Source of the DNA: Microthyrium microscopicum
Taxonomy: Eukaryota
Direction of reading: 5' to 3'
NCBI GenBank assembly: GCA_010405405.1
Contig: MU004231.1
Coordinates: 1,309,784-1,373,783 of the forward strand
DNA: 64,000 nucleotides
The position numbers were made by a program, and so were the translations under genes. The notes beneath the pieces were generated by a model, which was not told where the DNA came from, made no database searches, and saw only the letters and a list, made by a program, of their open reading frames with translations. Below are positions 38,915 through 52,051 of this stretch, piece by piece (within the stretch, counting starts at the first letter, position 1; each line of letters begins with the position of its first letter).

Positions 38915-39402
38915 AGTGATTGGTAAACCAAGCCCGAGTCAGTCGATCAAGAATTGCTTGTCATAGTGAGTGTCGATGAGCAAGTTGCATGGCTGAGAAA
39001 TATAGCTTTCCAAGCTGCTCCTCTTGTCGAAATATGTAGCAACGGTCTGGATTGAAAGGAAAATCGATCGAACATGAAGGTCCACAGTCAAAAAACGGAA
39101 TTGGTAGTTTGAAAGAAATGAAAAGGGGTGTCAAAGTTGCGCCATTTACAGTCGAAACGGGGGTAGAGTAGTAGTCCGGCTTTGAAAGACCAGTCCAATC
39201 TTCTGCAGAGTAAGAACGCAACAAAGTTCGACATATTGCTAATTGAAATATCTCAAATATTCATCTCTACACCAGTGAACGACCTATATGCTAATGATCG
39301 TGAAGTCCATCCCGCCATGCAATCTCGGGTATATAATTTTAATCCAATCCAACACCAAACAATGCAATGAATGACTATCCTCCACTCCCTTCTTTAGGCG
39401 CA

Positions 39403-40986
39403 TTATTGTGTATCAAACCGTCTCAAACTCGCCGGCTTCCCATTACTCGACATGCTCGACCTCGAACTCCCCTCACTCATCGGACTAACCGCCCTCTCCC
39501 GCTCCCCAATCTGCAACACCGGCTTATACGCCGACGGAATCTGCACCGGTGGCAACATCGGACTGAGTCTCCGCATCTCCATGCCCTCCATCTTTCTCTT
39601 CGCTGCCATCTCTTCCTCCTGCCACCTCCTCTGCTGCTCCTGTACGGCTCGACGCCGTCGATGCGTGAGGATAAATGCCCAGATTGCAGCGGCTATAGCG
39701 AGGCCGCCAACAGTTCCACCTACCACGGCACCGACGAGACCGTATTTCTGGAAGTTTGATGCACTCACGGAATAGTCGTGTGGTACCGGTATAGAGTTTG
39801 GACAGAAGGTTCGTGGCATTATGTAGCGTGCTTCTTGGATGATGGGCGCGAGGTGGAATTTGTTAGCGTCGAAATCGAGCATGAGGTAGACTTGGGTGAG
39901 GAAAGAGGTGGAGAGATAGTATGGGCCTGCGTAGTCTTGCGGCATGTATTCGATGGGTGAGAGGCCAGAGATGTTGTAGATCATGGAAGTAGGGAATGTT
40001 ACGTTAAACCCATCCGAGAGCTGTATGGTCATGGTGCCGTTGAAGGGGCGGGTGAGCGTGAGGGAGTTGTCGCTATTGTTGGCCGGGACGGCAGACATGG
40101 CGGCCATGAAGCGATGGGTGACATCGTAGGGAAGACGCATGGGATATTGGTCAGTGCTGATTCTGGCTTGAAAGGGTCCGTCGTTCACGATGGAGAGTCT
40201 TTGGCGAGTTGGGTCGGAAGAGTCGTCGATGATGATATCTGATACAGTGACTGGGAGATAGTCTGGTTGACTTGTATCCATGGAGTAGGTATGAACGGGT
40301 TTCTTGAAGCGACCAGCATCGTAGCCTCCAAATGTGTTGCTGCCATTGATAACACCTCCAGCTCGATCGAATCCAGTCCCAATGTATAATGAGTATGTGT
40401 TGGCCCCAATGATGTTCGTATCTACAAGTTTCTTCAGAGTTGAAGAAGTTGATCCCATGCCTACAACTCCTGGACTTTTGTTTCCACTTTGTGCAATTCT
40501 GACTGGCGTGTCTGATACATTCGTTGACCAAGCTCCATCGGTTTGGAAGTAATGTGTATACATATGAACAAGATCATGACCTGCGAGATATGTACCACTG
40601 CTATTGGCTATAGTAGTTGTCTCATTTCCATCCTGCTTCCATCTAATTTCTGTTAGTGGTGTCTGATATCGGAGACGAGTGGCCTACGTTATAGACTGGG
40701 CTGGATCGAAATCTCCTCCTGTAGAAGTCGAGCAGTTGGTGAGATTACTATTGAAACAGAATGTTGAAGCCGCGAACGAAAGTTCGTTTTGCGTTAAACT
40801 TGGCCATACGCTTTGGTTTTGTGCTGGTGCTCCAATCCCAATGAAGCTGCCATACTGGAATATCGGCGTTCCGTGAACTTCTCTCTTGTGAATATCGACA
40901 TAAAGTGGCGTCTGCGAACAGTTCGTTGCAGATGTAATTTGCAGTAAGCATACCAGTGCTACCGATCCGATAAATATCTTCGCCAT
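39403..40986 (-). CDS. Pepsin-like (A1) membrane protein, probably catalytically inactive
   Basis: Signal peptide, IGIGAPAQ, YSLYIG, NTFGGYDAGRF, FLTQVYLMLDFDANKFHLA, TM segment GLVGAVVGGTVGGLAIAAAIWAFIL then HRRRR; no D[TS]G motif seen. Confidence 0.8.
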
Positions 40987-42164
40987 CTTTCCCAATAGTG
41001 CATTTGATAGAATCTACCACTACGCAGACGATAACAGTGGTGGAGGAGAGGTTGAGCCGCAATATCTCGGGGCGCGAAGCTTACTTGTTCATTCATTTGA
41101 ATGAAGGCGGAGTATTTCATATTACTACCCGTAGTACTGAAGACAAGGCTGATGGCCGGCCCAAGCATGCAGTCAGCACATAAGCCCTAAGCAGCATCGA
41201 TAGGCGATCAAAGGCACCCCAGGTCCAACCTACAAGCTCCAGGGTCGCCAACAAGGTAGATCTACGGGTAGTTAGCATACTTAAACCTTTATTTAGCTCA
41301 CCTAAAACCTACTGGCCTTCTGATTCGACTTGTGGTACATGTTGTGGCCAATTACACCCTTGTCTCCTCGGCCTCACTATACTATGTCTTGTAGGTTGTC
41401 AAACTGTTGCACGCAGAAGCCAGGGTCGGCTAAAAATAACGAGTCTTGCCACACGTTGATATTGCTGCGCAATATATAGTAATTGTCTAGTACCCATGTA
41501 CCACGATAACGTTCCGTTTCGAGCCTGGATATGGTAATGTCAACCTCTTGGAAAGCTCGATCGACAGCACCGTCGAACCACGAATCTGGGCGCCACTAGT
41601 AATTACCAAAATAGGTAGCAGTTACTGACTACCAATGGACATTCAGTCTAGCAGAATTTACATATTGCGATGTCCGACGACAGCTTGATATTTGGTTCCA
41701 GTTCTTGTCGGGATCGAATTCTCCGCAAAAGAAGCCTCCTCGCAGGAACAAAGCATTCTACAAGAACACTAAAGCCAAGGTTGCAGCTGTTGTTAGCGAG
41801 TATGAGAAGTCAAAAAGGGAACAAGGTACTCGTCGAAAAGAGTGATATTCATCTCTACCTGAAAAGCTCGGTAGTAGCACTTCTTGCAGCGTCCCACAAC
41901 ACCATTTTATACCGGAGAGCTCATAAGCTTGTATTCCACGCCGAACGATGCTGCTGGTTGAACTTCTTAGTCGCTAAATGCTCAAAGAATGCTGATTTAT
42001 GCAATGCTGCTTCTGTTGGTAAAAACGCCCCCTGTACCGGACCCATCCTCAGTATCTTCTGTGAGCCTAAACTCCACCATGCAGATCAAAACCGAAAGCG
42101 AGTAAAGGTGGAGTATTTCGTTGGCCTGGATGTTCATATGCTGTAGTGCCATGTGGCTGAGGTC

Positions 42165-44051
42165 TCATGAAACAGCGATAAGATGCCACTTTGCGTCTGA
42201 TTTCTTCGATTCTCGTTTTGCAATAAGCCCGAGCGTATTAGTGATTGCGTCTTTGCTGTGCTTGGGAAACCTTTTACTGTTAGTACAGGCCATGGAGCAA
42301 AACATGACAGACTTACAGCTTCTTTAGATGCTCGATCATGTGGGTTTTGGTCATGTCTTGGCCCACGATTGCGGCCTTGAATGCATCCATGTCTTCCGTG
42401 GGGACAGTTCTGAGGACCTTGTATAAGCCGCCTGAGGTCGCAGCGGGTATGACACTGTTCATTTTACGTGTTTTGTCGAGGAGTGCTGGACGGGGTCCCG
42501 CAAGACCATTCACGCTCTTCTTCTTTGGAGAAGCATGGGTAGGGTCCGCGCTCCAGTATTTGGTAGAAAAGGGGTCGATGCTGCCTGAAAAGTTGGCCAA
42601 GAGACAGCCCATTTGTAGCTCCGCAAAGTCTGCTTTTGCATAGGAAGGATCGGCGGGGCATAAGTGGCCTTCGTCATCCTCCCATTGTATACCAGAACAC
42701 GTTGGAGGAATATCACGAATGAACGCAGGTCGAATGGCATCAACAACATCGTCGTCCACGAAATCAGGTAGATTTTCCTCATCCTCGACTGACTCGTCAT
42801 CGTCGTCCGAATGAAGATCTTCACCTTCCTCGGGTTCTTCCCATTCGGCCTCCGAATCTTCATCATAGTCTAGACCTTGATATTTGTATTCACAAGGGTT
42901 GCGTTTCAGGTGATTCATTTCCGTCGTAGAAATTGGCTTTGACCACGTTCCGCAGTATGGGGGCCGATGATCTTCTACGAAATGGAGATACCTTACCGGC
43001 ACTCTCTGGAAATCCTCCAAAGCTTTCGCGTGGGCGCGGCCATAAGCTTCGGATGTCAAATCAATTGGGTTTTCAGATGTGCCATGCAGAACATCGAAGA
43101 TTTGGCGCAAGTCTACTTCCTCGGTGGATTCTTGATTGACATGCTGGAAGGCCTTGAGATTGAAATCCTCTGCAATACAAACTTCCAGTGAGATAACAGT
43201 GGATGCACCTTTTGATGAATCGAAGAACCGATTGATTGGGGCGAGCTGAGTATTGGATTTGAGCGCAAATGGCAGGAACGTAGCATCGAATTCATAGGTC
43301 GGCTTCGGTTGACTGGAGCCTGTAATAGATTTGGAGGTTAGCATGTGCCATGACCTAGAGCTTGAATGTTTGGTGGTTAAGTATAATAAAATAAGACATA
43401 CTAGCAATAGATCCTGTCGAGTTAGTAGGATGTTCAGGATTGGGCGTACGAATCTTATCCTTCAAAGAAGGCTTTGCCGTGAAGAAGGTGTTCATGCGAA
43501 GTTGAGCCTTTGAACAATTGTTAGCTTGTTGTGTATAACCATACCACTGCAGAACTCGCCTTGTCTTTCTTGTCCTGTTCTTCTTGCTTTCGCTGCTTTT
43601 CTTGCTCTTTGGCCTGTTTCTCGGCATCCTTAATGGCTTTCTTCTGGTCGCGTTCGGCTTGCTTCTTGGCCCGCTCCTCCTCTTTCACTCGATCCTCTTC
43701 TTCCTTTTTTCGCTTCTTCTCCTCTCTCTCGAGTTGTAAAGCAGCTTTCTTGGCTTCCTTCGCCGCTTTCTCTTGTTCAATTTCCTCTTTGGAGCGCTTT
43801 TTCTTTTTCGAAGCGTCACCAAATGACTTGGAGCCTCCTGGAGTACTAGTTGATCCAGGCATAGGTGAAGCAATAGAGGGCAAAGCAGATAAGGGCGTCA
43901 AGGCAGGGCTGTCAATTTGCGTTGAGCGAGGCGTATGTGGTGAGCCTGGAGACTGATCCAGTTTGATTAGTTTGCTAGGAGACATTGGAGATATGGCGTC
44001 TTCTGCTGAGCGCTTCAGTGATGACGAAGGGGAGATGGTGTCGGCTGCCAT
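42165..44051 (-). CDS. RLF2: Chromatin assembly factor 1 large subunit (Cac1/Rlf2/p150)
   Basis: KER coiled coil, PIP-like QLRMNTFF, LHFVEDHRPPYCGTW, DYDEDSEAEWEEPEEGEDL, short C-terminal winged-helix-like exon. Confidence 0.92.
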
Positions 44052-44211
44052 GATGGCGACGCAAACAAGAGAGCCTTAAGTAGCTGGAGAATCAAAAGCA
44101 TACACGACTCTAGCGTTAGGTAGGCGAGACAGAGACGATAGAGCTTACGGGATAGGTGAAAAATCAATGGGGAAAGCAAGCAATGAATTGAAGTTGAGGT
44201 TGAGGATCAGA

Positions 44212-44240
44212 ACGCGTCGAGTTGGGGAGCAACTGCGCGT
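44212..44240. promoter_or_regulatory. MCB elements in the CAF-1/SPO11 divergent promoter
   Basis: ACGCGT at 44212 and GCGCGT at 44235. Confidence 0.6.
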
Positions 44241-44417
44241 TTACGTGCCGCACTAAGCTAGTTTAGAACTAGCTCCAATTAGCAACCACTTTGTCTGCAT
44301 CCTCTAACTCTGCAACTTCAACCTTCTACCATACAGTAACACCACAAAATCGGACACTTTCGTCTCATATCAACACAGTATGAAGAAGGGTTCAATTCTT
44401 GTCGATTTTGAGTGTTA

Positions 44418-46207
44418 ATGGCACCTGAAAGCATGGACATCCTTGAAGACAGTTGCGACCTTCTGCTCGACTCCTCTGGCCCTGCCAATGAAGTAGACAA
44501 TTCACTCGATCAAGCCGATCATGAAGTGGATGTTGATTTATTCGACATTGATCACCGAGATACTGATGGCCACGAGGATTTCCTGTCCGATAAGGAATCC
44601 CTTGGCGACGACTATGAGGATGACTTTGACTTTTGGGAAGTCGGCGCTTTGCCACACGACAGCAGCGGCCACGACCTGATGCTGGACTTTGAAGCATGTC
44701 ACCATGAACCTCATACTCGGTTTGAGCATCTGCATTAGCACATTATCATTCTGTCTACTATCTACTAATAATCCATAGACAATCAATTATCGAAAATATT
44801 GAAAGATCTCTTGAAGAATGGGTTGATGTGCTATTACAACAAAGTGATTCATTATCCGTGAATTTGGCAACCCGCGCCAAACAGCCCCAATCCATAATGC
44901 AACACAATACATCTCCTTTTCTATCCCGTACCTACTGCTACCCTGGGAAGGGAATCGACGAAGCTCGACGTTTTAGTTGGGAATCCTGAGGATATTCGCC
45001 TGACTAAACTAATGGTCTCTAGCCATTGTATTTCGCCTCCTTGAAATGATCCATGAGACTCTCACGCAAAGTATCGTGTTGACCAAACGGTTAGTCGTAC
45101 CTGCTACTTTTCAAACATACCTAAACATTGTCAGGGACTTGTACTACCGAGATCCTGCATTATTTGAAAATCAAGAGACGGTAGATCGATATGTTGATTC
45201 CATTGCTCGAACATTCGGCGTGACTAGATCACTTCTCAATATTGTATTTACATTCGAGTATTCAGCTTTAAGCATCTAACCTATGTGCACAGTCTGCAAC
45301 TGCCAAAGGCCTTGTTGTTGGCGCATTTACTCTGCAAAGAGGCGATGGCACATCCATAGAAGGATGCTCTTCAAGATCAGTACGTTTCTTTGATCCCCAT
45401 CCACATGAAATATACTAATAACTACTAGGGTATACTCATTACAGCTCTAGCTCCGGAAGACACCATCGAGATGAGCATGGTAAGATGGATACTAGTCGTA
45501 GAAAAAGATGTAAGTCTCTCCTCAAAAGTTCCAAAGTTAGCACAAACTGACATTACCAGGCTACCTTCCGCGCACTTGTCGAGTCTCCATTTTGGGCCGA
45601 GATATCACAGGAAGGAATGCTCATCAGTGTAACAACTCCTCTCTGCCCTGAATCCTTGGTCAATTCACTAACTTAAACAAAGGCAAAAGGCTACCCCGAC
45701 ATACTAACCCGCCAATTCCTTCACCTAGCAAGTACACCATCTCCTACTCGCCCCAATCCACCTCCAGTCTATGGCCTTTTCGACTACGATCCAGATGGTC
45801 TTGCAATCCTCAACACCTACAAATACAGCTCCGCCAACCTGCAGCACGAATCCGCCGTGAATGGAGCTGCTACAGGTCAATTGATTGCCCTCGAATGTTC
45901 ATCCATGCGCTGGCTTGGCGTACGTAGCTCAGCACTACAACCCGCCATAACAGGCGATCAACATGGCCTTTTACCTCTCACGCCGCGCGATCGGCGTAAG
46001 GCGACTTTGATGCTGAACCGTGAGCCGTTTTGCCAAGGTGGAAGCGAGCCGGAGTGGCGGAGAGAATTGCAGAAGATGCTGATGCTGAATATCAAGGCGG
46101 AGATTCAGATTTTAGAAGAAAGAGAGGGTGGCTTGAGTGAGTGGTTGATGGAGCAGGAGCTAGGAGACTTGGGGTTTGAGAGTTTATTCGAGGACGAGGT
46201 TACTTGA
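44418..46207 (+). CDS. SPO11: Meiotic recombination protein Spo11 (about 8 exons)
   Basis: After splicing: KRDLYY (catalytic Tyr), ATAKGLV, ILVVEKDATF, AKGYPD, DYDPDG (Toprim), KAEIQIL. Start codon approximate. Confidence 0.93.
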
Positions 46208-46552
46208 GATGGTTCTCGAATTTCCGTTGAAACTGAGGGATGCAGGCAGAATTGAGAAATATGGTTTTCAATTTCAAGATTTAGCCTTACTTTCTTCCAA
46301 TGCGTTCACTCTTGTAGGAATACAAGGCATTGTGGCTTTAAACACCCAGTTGTTTGATAGGCAGTTTTTGATCCTACGAGGCGGCTTAGCTAAAGTCCTC
46401 GTCCTCCATCATTCGAGCATGGCAATGACATACACGATTGCAATATTTAAATCGGCAATCATTCAACTCTCAGATGCAATCTCATAATCGGTGCTATTCC
46501 AAAATTGGCCGAAATCAAATATCTGAGCTTTATCGTAAGGCTTGCGTCAACA

Positions 46553-46878
46553 ATGTCAATCATCGCAATTTCCAGAGGTGGTGTGAAACTCACCACCGGA
46601 TTTCCCACCGATAACAAACGACTAGATGGATTACTTTTCGTACGATTTCACAGCTCTAACCACTCTTTCGCTAATAAAATTACCAGATACCAACAGACGA
46701 TGTGGATCCAAAATACCTGGAAGAGTCAGACAAAGTGGCAGACCACGAGCGCTACGGGACCATGCGCTACTATAATCTGGTGTTCGGCAAGAAGAAGGGA
46801 TTGGAGAATGGAGCGGTATACTTTGATGATGAGAAGAAAGCTAAAGATATGAAGGGTTGGATTGGCTTTAGTAAGTGA
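46553..46878 (+). CDS. Small two-exon hypothetical protein (92 aa)
   Basis: caacaATG context; intron 46640-46686 (GTACGA...GCTAAT...CAG) joins two exons in frame. Confidence 0.55.
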
Positions 46879-48764
46879 TAATTGTCACGCTTTTATGCTT
46901 GAAGTGATTCTGAAAGTCGTAGAAATCACCCGTAGTGGAGATCCAGGAAATCCTCATTATCATCTTTTTGACGAGCCAGAGGGGGATGGGGTGACTGAGG
47001 AGCAATGTTGGTTTGGCTAGAACAATCTCTTATTTTCTAAGACTTATGATTTTGTTTGACATGATTTGGAGTATTTGTACAGAATGAGACAAAGTCTCTC
47101 CCAGAAAGAAGCGATATCTTCCAAGGTGGAGTAGAGTACTCATCATATCGACGTGTACAGAGACGTACTTTTTGGCTATTTGATGTATGGCATCCGAAGA
47201 ACGAATTGCAAAATTCAGGAGCGGTATGGTGCAAGTGGGATTTGCCAGAAATCAATTTTTGCGTACGTGTTGGCTATCGTGGCCTGCTCCAAACCCACAT
47301 GGCAACAAATATAATATAGAAGAATTTTCTTATTGAAATTTTCACACTTTAGGTAATAGTCATAAGGTATTTCATGATTTTGTATGCTCGTGTCAACAGT
47401 CATATTCTTCATTGGTTGTAGTTGAGCAAATTTACAAGAAGCTCAGACTTTGACACGATATCCTCCTGGATGGTGCCTGGCAGCAAAGTGGATTATTTAG
47501 TCACATTTACTACTTCCAATACTCTAGTGCTTCCTAGCAATTTCTAGAATTCACGATGTATCCGTGCCTAAGCGAGTAAATCTTCATGATTTTTGGTCGG
47601 AATCAGGAGTTGGCCGAAAAGTGAAAAAGTGGCCGGCTTCGGAGCTTTCATGGCCTCGTTGATGTAAAATCGGAGATAAATTATTCTACATCACGATGTT
47701 TGGTGTGAAAGTGACTAAGGAATTTTCGGGCCTCAAAAAAAATTGCCGAGTTTGACGGTAATCAGATGGGTGGTGACCAAAGGGACAACCATCATACATG
47801 CTCGAAAACAACAACAAATTTCGCGGGGCGATTATTCTGTAAACCGGAAACAGACTGGCAACGAATAGTATTGCGAAGCTGAAACATGACGATCAATGAT
47901 CAAGATGTATTTCCAATTTTCGCAAATGATTGCCATATGAGGATGTCATGTCAAAAGGGAGCGAGGCTGTTCAGCAAAGGGCGTGGTTGTAATGTCTTTG
48001 GGAGCAATATGCTGACAAAAGATCAAAGATGCCATGTTGCGGCATCAGGGCAATTGATTTCGGACCATTCACAAGAACATCTGATTCCGAGAGTGTATGT
48101 ATGATTGGTCTACCGCAATGCCGCATGAAAAGCCTGGGAAAAGTCTGTAAGCAAGGATTTCAGCAATGTTGGCTGGTGCAGTGAAGAATTTTAAGTAATC
48201 AAGCCTCTAAAGTCAAGTCGACGCTGTACAATACCCACCTATTACTAACAGATCGCGAGGGCTCTACGTACACTGAATAGCGGCCTTTCAGTGGTCAATA
48301 TTGGTGTCATCAAATCAGTGTACGTTAAGTACAGCCGTTTCAGAAACTCGATGTTGATCGCTAATAGTAGTTTTACACGCCCTGGCGCATCCATGTTCCA
48401 CGCTAGCCACCCGCTTGTACATCCGCTCTCTAAATTTGCGTGCTGAAAGGGCGTGTTTTCCATCATTCTACGGCAGCCAGATTTATCATCCATTGACTGG
48501 TGACTCAATACCTTTTTACGCCCACGATGTCATAACATCTAATGGCATTTACAGGCGATTGATTTTGTCTATATAAGGATCCTCAATCATCCTCCAATAT
48601 TTTATTTCTTCTCATCACAACATCATACAATCAAACAAGCAATTCAATCAACAATCTTCTCAAACATCTCAGCCTTATCCACAGCCTTGTCTACCAAACT
48701 ACACATCAACAACATACAACCAACACAACTTTTCCAAACACCACCACCAACCAAACAAATCAAA

Positions 48765-49094
48765 ATGTCTTCCATCCGCAACAACTCCACCTCCTCCACC
48801 TCCTCTTCCCGCCGCGCCTCCGTCATGAACACCCTAAAGGAGCACCACCGCGCATCCAACGCTGCCTTCCAGGCCCTCTACGGCGTACCAGTCCAACAGC
48901 CAACCACCACCCGCAACAACTCTGCTGCCTCTGCTCACTCCAACGCCAGCACTGAGAGCCTCGACTCCCAGAAGAAGAGCAAGCGCAGCTCCTGGGCTTC
49001 CGTCAAGTCTGCTGTCCAGGCTAACCGCAAGGCAGCCAACGCTGCCTACCTCACCTACTATGGAGTTGGAACCAACCCAGTTCGCTCTCCATAG
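48765..49094 (+). CDS. Small basic Ser/Ala-rich protein (109 aa) with two NAA(F/Y)xxxYG repeats
   Basis: TATATAA near 48570, CA-rich leader, caaaATG, strong bias to C-ending codons. Confidence 0.85.
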   Translation: MSSIRNNSTSSTSSSRRASVMNTLKEHHRASNAAFQALYGVPVQQPTTTRNNSAASAHSNASTESLDSQKKSKRSSWASVKSAVQANRKAANAAYLTYYGVGTNPVRSP

Positions 49095-49684
49095 GTCATC
49101 AAAAGTTCATCGACATTCAAATGCATCGCAGAGGAGTTTTTGATTTTATGATTTTATAACGATATAACCAACATTTTGGAGCATTGTGCTCATGGCTGGG
49201 ATAAATTAATACGCATTGAAATGGGAAGTTTTTGGGACTTGGACTTATTGGTCTTTCGGGTGGCTTTGCTTTTTACGATATGACGAATAAATAGTAATAC
49301 ATCTTCAAATAATCTCAAACTTGATTTTTCTATTCATCTGTGATAACTGATCTTATTCTTGTCCTTCTCGGATATTACTTATCATCCATCTTTTGCCCAG
49401 CGATAGAATAACATGCCCATCGCATGACCCTTGCTTTGTACTCTATCAGCACTAACAATTCTGTTATTTTGCCTGTGACAACCAATAATCCAGTCATAAG
49501 TGAGCTATTATTATATTCCAGATACTGAACCTTTTTATAACGACACCTTACAAGCATCCTACGATATGCGAACTGAATATAGATTTGAACATTACAGCTA
49601 TAGTATCGCGATCAACGCCATCAATGCATAAAACACACAAGCTACATACATCATCCAGCCATACAAGCATACAATCCCGCATCA

Positions 49685-51899
49685 TTACACACCACTCCGA
49701 TAAATCTGGCTTCCACCATGCCGAATCTGCACTGTATCTCGCCGCTGCAGCACCACCAGCGCGCGGTTGAGCGCCTGCTCCGTATATCCCCTACCATCCA
49801 CAAACTCTCGCTTCAAGGTAGCCAAACTCGTGCTCCAGCCAATTGGCAGTCGCCGTCTGAGTTCATCTTCCACTTTGCTAACCTCCTCCATCATCTCCCG
49901 TGAACCTTGGCCCTCGCCCTGCGTGACAGCGTCCATGGTGGACGCAAGGAAGAGGCGAATTGCCTCGTCGACATGGGCCTCGGTGGCAATATGTGAGAGG
50001 GACAGTTTGGCGAGAGACTCGGTGATGCGGACGATGGCTTCGAGCTGGCGCACGGTGATGGGGATGGAGGAGCGCGCGTTGGCGGAGAGTTCAGCGGCGT
50101 GAACTTGTCGGCGGATGGAGACGAAGTGGGAGGATAGTTTTTCGGCTGCTTCTTCGGAGAGACGGGGTGCGCATTTTCTTTTGCGAGGGTTAGTGGTAAG
50201 ATCGGTGGCAGTTCGGATTCTAGGTAACTCACTGCTTGCAATAGCTGATATAGCGCTTCATCTTGTCGACTGGAATTTCAGCTTCGACTTGCTCTTCTGC
50301 TCCACGTCCTCCCATGGCTAGACCCATGACGTGCTTGGCCATGCGCTCGTCACGTCCTCGATCGTGGTCATCGCGTACGATGAAGATCATGTCGAAACGG
50401 GATAAGATGGTGGTTTGGAAGTCAATGTTCTCGCCTGGTGTTTTGAGGTCATCATAGCGACCAAAGATTGGATTGGCTGCTGCGAGGACTGACGTTCTGG
50501 CGTTTAGGATGGTGGTGATACCTGCTTTGGCAATGGAAATGGTTTGCTGTTCCATAGCTTCATGAATGGCTACACGATCTTCGTCTCTCATCTTGTCGAA
50601 TTCGTCTATACACACCACACCACCATCGGCCAAAACCATAGCTCCACCTTCTAGATAGAACTCACGAGTTGTCGCATCACGTTGAACTGAAGCTGTTAAA
50701 CCTGCCGCACTGGATCCCTTTCCAGAGGTGTAAATGGCAATTGGCGCCACCTTCTCAACAAACTTCAAAAGCTGCGACTTTGCTGTACCAGGATCACCGA
50801 GTAACAGGACATTGATGTCTCCTCTCAGTCTCATGCCGTCGGGAAGAATCTTCTTGGATCCACCCATTAGCAGACAGGCAATTGCCTTCTTGATATCTGC
50901 ATTTCCATAGATGGAGGGAGCAATGCAGCTGGCAAACACATCGTAAAGATCCGGTCGTCGAGACATCTCCAGAAATTCCTGCTCTTCTTCTTCTGTAAAT
51001 GTAGCGCTTCCCTTCATTGAATGATCTACATCGGCTTGGATACCAACAGCTCGTAGGTAAGGATTGCGGAGCGCGACTGCGTTATTTCCTTTGGCTGCCT
51101 TGGCTTGGTAGATGGAGAAAACTCCCATGATTGTGCATCTTGATCCAGGTACGACTTTGTTGGTCAAATACCGATCGGCTGAGATGAGAATATGGCGAGG
51201 AAGTTCACCAACGGGAACTTGATCAGGGGCTTCTTGTAGCTTGAGAACTTGCTGATCAATGAATTCGCACTTCTCATGAACAACAAAATATGGATCCATT
51301 GGACATTTTGGTGCCTCCTCGCCAGGTTGTCTCTGTCTCGAACATGTGCGCGGAAGCGAAACACCAGCGATGCCACCCGAAACCGTGATAGTATCTGTGT
51401 GCTCACAGTTTCTGCATTGTATAACCAGCGCTGTGGCTTTTGAGGATAGGGTGGATGCGCCAATGACAATTCCGGGGATGCGCACCAGGCGCGAGACGCT
51501 GTCTGAGGTAAGATCGCGAATGGAGGTGGTCAATGCATCGGAGTGAAGAAGAAGTTGGTGCTGAGGTAGTCGAATGTCTCGCTGAGATGGATATACAATT
51601 CTTTGTGTGCATCTTCGTAGTGCTGATTCGAAGATTGGAATGATCTCTGCGGGTTCACTGGCCAGACGGTGGGCTAGTTCTTCGTTGTATGAGATGATGT
51701 GCGAGACATTGACGTCGCAGGCATACTTTTTGGCGAGTACGTTTTCTCTGATTTGGTCTCGGTATATGAATTGATTGTCCACTCGATATTCGAGAATGAA
51801 GTTGATCAATTGGGTTTGAACCTTTGATCGCGACTCCTCCTCGTTTCCGGTGGTGGAGCCAAGACCAATGCTCAGGGTATAAACAGACTCTCTGTCCAT
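49685..51899 (-). CDS. MCM5: DNA replication licensing factor Mcm5
   Basis: [33 protein letters not shown], Mcm5-type C-terminus [10 protein letters not shown]; one intron about 50176-50231. Confidence 0.96.
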
Positions 51900-52023
51900 G
51901 GTTGATGTCTAATATGAAAGGGAGGCTTTCGGAATGATCAGAGGTAACAACTTTGAGCTGAAAGATTGATTGCGAGGTGAGTTGATGCTGCTTGAAAAGC
52001 GATAAACGAGCGAGGGGTTGAGA

Positions 52024-52051
52024 ACGCGCCTGGGTTGACGCGACGACGCGT
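52024..52051. promoter_or_regulatory. Cluster of three MCB-like elements upstream of MCM5
   Basis: ACGCGC at 52024, ACGCGA at 52038, ACGCGT at 52046. Confidence 0.7.

Noticed and set aside
41670..42146. 158-aa plus-strand ORF
   Set aside because: No recognisable motif or codon bias; lies in the 3' region of the CAF-1 gene
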